A stretch of DNA of 63,949 nt, the filler included, from Choristocarpus tenellus KU-1152 (taxonomy: Eukaryota > Protista > Phaeophyceae), in assembly GCA_964200185.2 (NCBI GenBank). It is 9 parts of 9 records of this genome, joined end to end, with 100 filler letters (N's around TTAATTAATTAA, not from the genome) between each part and the next. Parts side by side here need not be neighbours in the genome. Positions count along the whole stretch, not along the records: positions 53,143 to 57,504 come from CAXNAD020014915.1; positions 57,605 to 61,326 come from CAXNAD020018297.1; positions 61,427 to 63,949 come from CAXNAD020027087.1; 6 more parts are not named here. One strand, 5' to 3'. The notes beneath the pieces are model-generated. The model saw nothing but the letters and a program-made list of their open reading frames with translations, was not told the origin of the DNA and ran no database searches. This document shows, piece by piece, positions 54,857 to 63,949 of the stretch (its first letter is position 1; every line of letters starts with the position of its first letter). Both the position numbers and the translations under genes were made by a program.

Positions 54857-57604
54857 GTGAGGGACTAAGATAGAGGGTGATGAAGGGAGGGGTAGAGACT
54901 GGCGTACCAAATAGGCGGCTTACATGCAAAACTCAAGTACATATCGCACACAAAGTCTGAAGCAAATGCAACTGAGACAAGAACAGTTCACTGACTGTGC
55001 TACAATCACAGTTAAGGGTAGTAACTCACAGGGTAGTGTAATGTACGGGGGGGAATCTGTTGGAATATTCCACACTGGACCCGTGGCTGTGTGCCTTGAT
55101 AGAGGACAATAAATGGTTTGATGTAGATACACAATATTAATGTTACAAGAGGCTTATGGCCTCGATTCAACTGACTGAACTTGTGGGTTAAGACAGGTGT
55201 AAACTGCCATTACTGTTCCCTAAATGTGGGGTTTGCAATCGTGCAAACCAATTTACTATGACTCACTTATTTACTTGTCTTTATTATAGCAAGTGTATCT
55301 TGAACATGACACGAAAATTAATGGACACTAGTGAGATAATACATACGGTATTTCTATCGCTGACTCTCTATCCTATTACCTAATCCACTAGTGGTTTCTA
55401 TAGTGTATCAGCAGCACTATCTACGAGCAGAATCCCCCACTCTTGTGAAGCAACCCCCCTGCTTACAACAACCCCCCACCCTCGACAATATAGTAGGGGC
55501 TTATGTTTGCTTCTGGTGCCTTGGACAGGTTTTCACACTCTCAGGGCACTATATTCGGTGGTTTGTTCCAGACAATCATTTGTCCTACTCCTTGTGACTG
55601 TTTTCCCACTTCTTCATCTAACTAATTTTCCCCTCTTTTTGGAATCAAAAACTCCCTAAAAAGCGAGCCATTTCCCATCTTTCATTCTCGTTTTCCCTAA
55701 TGATCGACATTGTTGAACAGTTTTTCATTTCCTTTAGGCTTTTGTGCTTCATGTTTACGACACATATCGACCATTTGATAAGCTGCTTCTGTACTTGTGA
55801 CTTCCTTGATTGTTTTTGTTAGCGAGGAGCATCATTTTAGTACAAGAGGATAGCATCAACGTTACGGCAAAAATGCCTTTCAATACGCAAAAATAGAGGC
55901 AATGTATCCTTTGATAAAAATAATGGGCGATGCAGCAATACAATTCTTAGGGTTGCTAAGGCAAATGCTGAAGATCACGATATATTTTGCTACAGGTGAT
56001 ACGTTGAATAATCCGTCGTTGCTGACGACATAGCTGCCATGCTTTGTTTTTATGTCTCAACACGTTTGGTTAAACAACCTCTACTCACTATATTTCTACT
56101 CCCACTGTTAGTAATTTTGGACTACAATATATATAGTATACACATTCCTCTAGTCTTAGCACCTCAGCCACTTCAGAGAAGGGAGTGCTTCTAGTACGAA
56201 AACAAAAGAAATGACTGCCGATCAAGTAAATACTACTTCCAGTGGCAACCATTACCAAAGAAGCTGATCATGTCATTTTCTGGTGGTGGGTTTTCAGATC
56301 ACTTATCCACATGTTAAGTGAGTATGACACAAAGAACGTTTACAAAATATCGGGAGGTTATAGTTGTTCTGACTGCTTCTGTTCATTAATACAACAAACT
56401 GCGTTCAGAAGTGTAAGAAAATATATATTAAGGTTGGAAGACTTTCTACAATGCCTTGCAGCATCTAGTATACTTTTAGAACAAGTATGATACTTCCATT
56501 TCTGTATTGATAAAGTTTGAAGCTTGTGGTGTTATTTCTTATACAGTATACTTGGAAAATTCGAGATCAATACCTTCTGTCGCAATCAATGCAATGTATG
56601 CTATCAATTCAGGCTCGTTTCTGACTCCGTAAGAATTTTGGTTAAATCATATTTGCTAGGGAGGTAATTCCTACTCTTCTTGGAAGTCTAGCTTGTAGTC
56701 CAGGAAGAAAATCAGAAGGTTTGAAGAAGACGAAAAGTCCAATATTATCCCCAAAGCGACGAGTACCATGTGGTGAGCCATCACAGTCCAATATTTGGCA
56801 AGTACACTTGTACCTCCAATTAATGGAAGTAACTCTACTTCACTATCACCAGCAGCTGTAATCGCATTCATTTCCGAACCATGCGCGATCGTTCTATCAC
56901 TCCTGACCCCGATTCAGCAACGACAAAAGCCTTCATTATTTCCAAGGTAGTGCAATTTTTGCACTAAATTGATATTCAGTAGTAGTAGGTGTCGTGCTCC
57001 TGGAGATGCATTGGAAGTGAAGTGGCACTATCTAGCATGAGTCTCTTGCGCCGTTAATGTCTAGCTCTATGTTCTATACTGAAGAGTCTAGGTCACATGG
57101 TGACCTACCTCTCCCTCGAACAACATACCAAGAGATGTTTGTAGTAAATGACGACTTCTTCCCCCGACAGAAAATGATAAGAGTGAGAAATAGGGCTATC
57201 CATATGTGGTGGGTGATATGGCCCATACGCACCTCTCAAAACGCACCTGCTAAGAATAAGAGGCAGTGAATGTGGAACATGTTTTCCCCGCCTGAACTAT
57301 GACCAGACACAATGCTATATCCACCATGACTCCAAACAACACCTTCAATGCCCCTCATTTTTTCTTCTTGTGTCACCCGTATCTTAGACCACAATTGGGG
57401 TGGTGTCCACCGCCCAGAATAGAGAGACCGCTGTAAGGATGATCAATCCCAACCCATCCACGCAGCAGACTGCGACCAGGCACAACTTGCCCAATTTAAA
57501 GCACNNNNNNNNNNNNNNNNNNNNNNNNNNNNNNNNNNNNNNNNNNNNTTAATTAATTAANNNNNNNNNNNNNNNNNNNNNNNNNNNNNNNNNNNNNNNN
57601 NNNN

Positions 57605-57741
57605 GTGCCCATCTGGGCCCTGACCAGGAGAAGTGCACTTACATTATCCATCCAACGCATGCAACCAAATTACATAAAACCCCTACATGGAAAATGAGTC
57701 CTGAATGGACAGCCACCCCCCACCCCCAGATAATTTGAGCC
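57605..57741 (+). mobile_element. MITE family A, truncated at contig start
   Basis: ...GCAACCAAAT...AATGGACAGCCACCCCC..CCCCAGATAATTTGAGCC. Other partial copies sit at 1-40, 35647-35677 and 46123-46211. Confidence 0.75.
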
Positions 57742-58029
57742 AGTAACCCAACCACACTCTAACAGCTGCAGGAAACTGATAGTATCGAGCAGCAACCAAC
57801 AATATGCAATACAAGCCAGCTTCTGGAAGTATCAGGATAGGGGGAAGAGGAAGCTTATCAGCATGAGTAGCCTTTTATTTTATATTTTTTTGAGCGAAGG
57901 CATAGCAGGAGTAGGGGAATATTTCAAACACAAATTCAATTTATATTCAAAAAAACTTCCACACATTTTTTTCTTTTACCTACTCTACTACAAGTGAAGA
58001 AGACATGAGCAAGAGCAACATGCCATAAA

Positions 58030-58203
58030 GCCTCAAAGTATCTGGGGGAGGGCTACACCATGGTGTCCATTCGGGCCCTGAACAGGAAAAGTGCACTTCC
58101 ATTATCTGACATTATCTGACGCATGCAACCAAATCACACAAAAAAAGCAACATGGAGAATGGGCCCTGAATAGACAGCCGCCACCCCCCCCAGATACTGA
58201 GCC
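58030..58203 (+). mobile_element. MITE family A copy
   Basis: Collinear with the 25440 element; flanks AAA/AAA. Confidence 0.85.
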
Positions 58204-58900
58204 AAATGCCAAAGTTAAGACACATAGAAGCAATGCTCATATTTCACTCCTACTCTCCATAAGAACATCAGATTTTGATCCACAAAGTACCCTCTATCCC
58301 TCCCTAACACAGTGGCAAAGGGCTCTCTCGCCCCCTGTCACACAGAACCTTGTCACTCTCAATGTAATTGGTTGAAAATAAGTCTACGCTTTCTTACTTA
58401 TTATAGTGGAGCATCTCACCAAGACGTCTCACATAGGCAGCAAGAACAACTTGGATTTGGTATGCACTATAATTTATAGTCTTGAGCAATCCCTTTAACA
58501 TGAACAAAAAAAGAGAGGTTAAATTTATATGTTCCACGTCACACACAGAGGGAACGTACAGAATAATAATAGTATAGTATAGTATAACAACAGAACAATA
58601 ATAATAGTAAAGTTATTTACAAACACGCAAAATAAAACTAATATATACCACAAAAAAAACTCGGAATCAAAAGAGGAAAAAAAGCCTCACATGACTGGTA
58701 CTTCACTTCACTTCCCTTCCCCTAACCTTATTTTTTCCTAAAAGGTAATAAAAATGGGGGAAAAAAGAGTCGTTTCACCTCCACCACCTTCCAATGCTTC
58801 CAGTCAGACGAATGTCAATGCAGGTGCTAACGACAAACTCCAGGCCTATCACCAAAACGCCTTTTTGTTCTTCTTCAAAAGACACATGTCTCATGCGCAC

Positions 58901-59047
58901 CTCAGTGGACTCCAAGAAGTCTGCAGCATAGTTAAGGTTGAAGAGTTCGTTGTTGTGTACACTATACAGGAAGCCATGCCCTCCGTAGAGCGATATCACC
59001 CAGTTCATCACAACTGTATCATAGCCCACAAAGTCTCTCACAAGGGT
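58901..59047 (-). CDS. Single exon of a membralin (TMEM259)-like gene, partial
   Basis: ctgcag|TLVRDFVGYDTVVMNWVISLYGGHGFLYSVHNNELFNLNYAADFLESTE|gtgcgc. Resembles the membralin segment FVGYDT.LMN....G.GYLY.....E.YNL.Y as recalled from plant homologues. Flanking exons were not found. Confidence 0.7.
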
Positions 59048-62000
59048 CTGCAGAGCAGGCATGGCATACACATCACATGTGTGATATTAACAGTAGTCAG
59101 AGATTGGTTGGGAAGAGAATGTAACTGTCAGATAAAGATCAGTTTTGGGCCGGTTTGGAGTTGGGGTGGGGGTGGGGAAGGACCCTGAACAAGGAGTTAG
59201 TGTTGTTTATTCATATTTCCTGGTACTATATTGTGTTCTTGCTCGTGCAAAATGATCTACTGTGGAATGTTGTTTTGGGAGTATTCACAGAACAGACCCG
59301 TACATCAACATGTGAATGCAAGTCAAATTTTTAATTCCTAAAATGGAAGGTGAAGGTTGCCTTCAACTTTAGCAATAGCTCTATTTGACTTGGACAACAA
59401 ACGAAAAAAGCACTTAATACACTGGTGGGGAGCAAGGGAGGAATATTTCTTCTTTTGCTGTGGCACCAACACCAACTGACAAATGACTGTACACACTGGG
59501 AGATGCAAATTCACAGAGGTGATACATCCAACTGCAGTAGAAACTTCAGGAAATAAATGTATCCTCTATTGTGGGTGTAGCTATCAATAGCTGGTGATGA
59601 GCCACTCCCTTGATCCCCACCACATTTGACATAGTGATAAGATGTTAGGTTAGACAGAGCATTTCTAGAATTGTGATCTATTACTTGTATTATAGTTTAG
59701 GGTTAGGGTTCTTTCTGCTGGCTATTGTGTTGGAACTCTCTGGCAACCCTAACCCCTACACTAGAAACCTACCGTCTCTTCTTCAATTTTACAAAAGTCA
59801 CTCCAACTCAATTCAAGGGGAAGCGATTCCTGCTTCTCCCATCTCTTCGATTCTTCAGCCCCCCTCCCCCCACCACCTTGAGACTCACAAGTTTCATTTC
59901 AAACCAAGCAGGAAAATAGGCAATGAAGGCCAAGGGCAAGGGCAAGGGCAACATAGGTAGTGTAGAGTGTATGACCAAGTAAGGCATCGAAGGCATAAAA
60001 GTTTTTTTTTTTATTGGACCTACAGTGAGCATTACCACTATTAGTAAGAGTTATCAATATTATTGTTACTATTCTTATTTGTTACAGAGTTGCAAGTCTT
60101 ACAAAGCGCAGACTATATTATACCTGTAGGCTAGACCCCCTTGTTTGAATATTTCTTGAAATTTGGTTTTGATATTACATTGATACTAGCTAGAGGCACC
60201 AGCGAATCCGATTGGTTAAAGAAGAAAAGGAATTTGTCATCCACATTGGAACCAAAGTCCAACACGCCTGCAACTTGACGTAAAACCCCAACTGTCACAA
60301 TAGAGAGTTTGCACACTCTGTCAAAGTTCATCTCTTCATGCTCTTTCCTTGATAAATCAGCACTCAAAAAACACATCATAAAACTATTGATAAAACTGCT
60401 GATACAACTATTGATAAACCTACTGTTTTCAACATTTGGCCCTGTGCACTCTCTTCCACCTCATGCACTATTTCAAGTCATCCATAAAATATCAATTTAT
60501 TAATATAAAAATAGTAACCTCACTCCCTGTTCTACAGTCCACCAATCACTCCAAATGTTCTGATATTTCAAATTCTGCTGACTTCAACTTGCTACTAATC
60601 CTGCCCGAAGTGCTCATCAAAAAGTACTTCGAATGTATGATTTCAAGTCATGCACAAGCATGAAATTTGGGACACCACCACAAAAAATGACAACAATTGC
60701 AGAGATAGAAAACATACCTTAGTCATGCACAAAGAGCTGAGTTTCGCGTCAATTTCTTCTTCTTTCTTACCTCTCGACTCTCTCAATCACGGTATGTCAC
60801 AATATGTCATGTCATAAGCCTTCTCTTCTCCTCCCCATAACTTTACATGAAATTTCCAGAAACAAGTAAAACCTTTGCCAAAAAACCCAACTTAAGTTTA
60901 TATCTTGAAAAAAGAGTTGAAAAAAAAAAATCCAACCATAGATAGAGACCAGACCTCACCTACCCCTGATAAAAAAAATACCACTACCAAACAAACATCG
61001 AAGATCCAAGGAGTATATCCAATTTTCGGATCTTTGAGATGAGGCCGTCATATTTCAGAGGCATGTATCCCAGGTCTGTAGATACTTCTTGTCTTGTTAC
61101 AACTTCCTACCACCCAACTCATTTCTGTTCAATAGTCATGTTTCAATACACACATTACAACAGAAAATTCTCGACTACAAACTCGGAAATAAAAAATAAG
61201 ACAACTAAACGCCTCTAGGCGAACAACCCCTTGAGCAACTTGAACCGCAACATTATTAAAAAAAAACATAAAAAAAGGTGTAGAGGAAATAAAGGGACTG
61301 ACCAGGGGGAGGGGGGGGTTTGAAAGNNNNNNNNNNNNNNNNNNNNNNNNNNNNNNNNNNNNNNNNNNNNTTAATTAATTAANNNNNNNNNNNNNNNNNN
61401 NNNNNNNNNNNNNNNNNNNNNNNNNNCGGTGGGGATTCCAGCATTTGTAGATTCGATGCTCAATGTTACAGGGCACCAGTTTTCCCTGTCTGTCCTTTTG
61501 GGGCTCCACTGGACACAGTTAATGAAGGACTTTATACCTTTGCTCGAAACCTTTTTTAGATATGTACAATATTGGGAAAGGAGTGTTGGTCATGTGGTTA
61601 TATTCACATATCCACAAATTAAAGAGGGCAATAATTATAGCAAAAAAGCAACATTCGAATTCGATCACACAAAATTAACGCAACCCTACCACTAACATAT
61701 TACGACCAGCACCCATGATACCAACCCTAGCCCCAAGAGAAATAAATAACCCACCACATTTTCAACACTTATCGAAATCCGCAATTTACCGATTTCACCT
61801 CGGATAAAAAATGTAGTCATAGAATAAATCGAAAGGCTCCTAGACGAAAGGGCCACTACAGTGAATTTGACCCAACCTTTTTCGATATTTGGAACATGTG
61901 TTGCTGTCACTTTCGATGGGAGTAATCAGACAATTGGTTCGAAATAGAAGGAAGATTCCACGATACAATTTCGCGCGCCATGACATCCGTCCGTCCAGGA

Positions 62001-62135
62001 TGACGTGGTAACACCTTCGATATGCGCATGTAAGGGCTCCGATACTTTTGGAACATTTCCGATAAGGTTCAAATCGGAAATATACATACACACCCCCGAA
62101 CCGTCTTGGACGTGCTACGGAATTTGATGGCCTCT

Positions 62136-62673
62136 GCCGTTGGTCAGAACACATGAAATTCATTCATTATTATCAGCCTAGTGTCACGCGCAAACCTGCG
62201 CATGATTCCTCTCCCAACATCCAATCCGGGGCAGCATGTAAATTCGTTTCATCTTCTTCTATCACTTTCTCAGTTCGACGTTATGTTTATCTGCTCGGGT
62301 TGTTACAAGTTCAAATCGACACACTCACCCTCGACCTTCTAGCCGCACTCCTTTATTTGATCGCCTTTGCCATTGGTCAGAACACAGGAAACTATTTCAG
62401 TACTATCATCCTAGTGTCACGCGCAAACCTGCGCGTGATTACTCTCCCAACATCCAATCCGGGGCAGCGCGTAACTTCGTTTCATCTTCTTCTATCATTT
62501 TCTCGGTTAGATGTTATGTTTATCTGCTCGGGTTGTTACAAGTTCAAATCGACACACACGCCCTCGACCATATAGCCGCGCTCCTTTATTTGATCGCCTT
62601 TGCCGTTGGTCAGAACACATGAAATTCATTCATTATTATCAGCCTAGTGTCAAGCGCAAACCTGTGCATGATT
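62136..62673. repeat. 233-bp tandem repeat, about 2.3 copies
   Basis: TTGGTCAGAACAC recurs at 62140, 62373 and 62606, with collinear sequence between. Confidence 0.9.
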
Positions 62674-63028
62674 GCCCCTGCTATATCTGATCTTGATCTG
62701 CGCGTAGGTTCACACCTGGTTGCGTCAGATGTTGTTACGTTTTATTGATATTCATATCCATCTCAGGGCAACCGCGTTAACAGTTTCATATTTCTTGGTA
62801 AATAGGTTCCTGGTAGGAAAGCGTTACGCCGTCCCCATTTCCATGCAATCACTACGTTCTTTCATATCTCCCTTGCTTAGCCCATTCACGGACACGAACA
62901 CCGCACTCCGTGCAGAACCCACGTCATCATTAATCACATGGTCCACCACTTTTCATATGAATATACCTCTCATGCACTCGGCTAACTGTCGCATCCACCC
63001 CTCCCTGGACATCATTGATCTTTGCTGA

Positions 63029-63949
63029 TACAATTGTCCGAACATTCCCCTCCGTCCTCACAGACAGCAGACCGGAGGCCCGAAAACTACTGAAGACCTA
63101 CGGACGACATATATCGTAACGTCCAACATCAGCGCCACCTGCATGATGGACCTTGCAACATCTGCCTACATGACACAGAGGTATAATGCTAACCTCCTGG
63201 ACACCAATCGAGTGGAGTCCATGTTCTCCAAGCTAGGGCCGGACCCAGTTGTCGCTACCAATAGGCTGGCGGCTATTCTGAGTGGACAGCCTTTTTCCAT
63301 GTGCTACAGATGGAAGACAATAAGCGACATGAAAGTCGACATGCGCAGGGCGAACGTGCCCTCTGATGTGCCTGATGGCGATCCACTTGCAACCTACATC
63401 ACCAACGGCAACCTCGACGTAGACGAGAATGGCAACGAGAGGGATATAGATGACGACGACAACCTCTTATTTTGCCTGAACGGACAACACCGCATAATGG
63501 TGCTGAGGACAATCATATGCTGTTGTCACTCACAAGAGAGGGTGAACGTTTACAACCACAATATGAGGCCAAGCGAAAAGCGCGTAAATGTTGATTGTAA
63601 CAAAACCTCCACGAAGAAGCCTTCCAAGAAGGAAAAAGGGAAGCGAAAAAGAATCCTGATTAGGAAAAGGAGGGTCAGAGAAGATTCCGAAGACGAGGGG
63701 GACGGAGCCGACAGGTCCTCTTTCACATGTCCAGAGGAACTTCCTGTGGAGGACGTGAGGGGGTCGCGAGGCAAGGACTTGGAGTCTACATCTGTCTGGA
63801 GTGAAACAGGGATGTCTCCAAACGCCCATTCAGTGGGCAGCGGCGATGATGATGCAAAGGTGCCTTGGAACATGTACGACCATGGTGTGAGGCCAAGTGA
63901 GAACCGTGAGAGTTCCACAACCCAGAGGGGCAAGCCTTCCGGGGAGGGA
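63029..63949 (+). CDS. Long open reading frame (307 codons, runs off the window) with a ParB/DGQHR-like motif LFCLNGQHRIMVL, a basic NLS-like tract and an acidic region
   Basis: No stop from 63029 to the end (missed by the ORF track for lack of a stop codon). Acceptor-like cctcacag at 63063 or first ATG at 63143; NGQHR at 63479-63493; KKPSKKEKGKRKRILIRKRRVR. Confidence 0.65.

Noticed and set aside
27354-61426. Eight regularly recurring TTAATTAATTAA motifs flanked by Ns
   Set aside because: Artificial six-frame-stop linkers joining contigs; not a CRISPR or a biological repeat.
27454-63949. Apparent ubiquitin/proteostasis cluster (APC4, UBA-DUF726, OTU, membralin, OGT)
   Set aside because: Each gene is on a separate contig and truncated by spacers, so adjacency is probably arbitrary.

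Overview
Intron-rich eukaryotic DNA, most likely from a photosynthetic stramenopile (brown alga or relative). This is inferred from a bipartite plastid presequence, the protein styles and TTAGGG tracts. The window is a concatenation of nine contigs joined by artificial N44-TTAATTAATTAA-N44 spacers, so gene order across spacers is not evidence. The first contig (1-27353) holds a head-to-head pair of the two NADPH-producing oxidative pentose phosphate enzymes (G6PD on -, 6PGD on +, ATGs about 900 bp apart) and a choline-transporter-like (SLC44/CTL) gene with a GC-AG intron. The best finding is at the G6PD 3' end. The last exon is tandemly duplicated, giving two intact alternative C-termini. The distal copy ends in TGA-CTG, a readthrough-type context, followed in frame by LYRQL-ARL-stop, a cryptic peroxisomal PTS1. 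This suggests a splicing-plus-readthrough switch that sends part of G6PD to peroxisomes. The other contigs carry partial genes (APC4, TMCO4/DUF726 with a UBA-like insert, an OTU protease, an OGT/SPY-like last exon, a membralin exon) and one complete small plastid-targeted membrane protein. They also carry two related MITE families (one self-nested), a foldback element, several tandem repeats, and a long ORF with a ParB/DGQHR-like NGQHR motif next to 233-bp repeats. All exon models are manual and unverified by transcripts.
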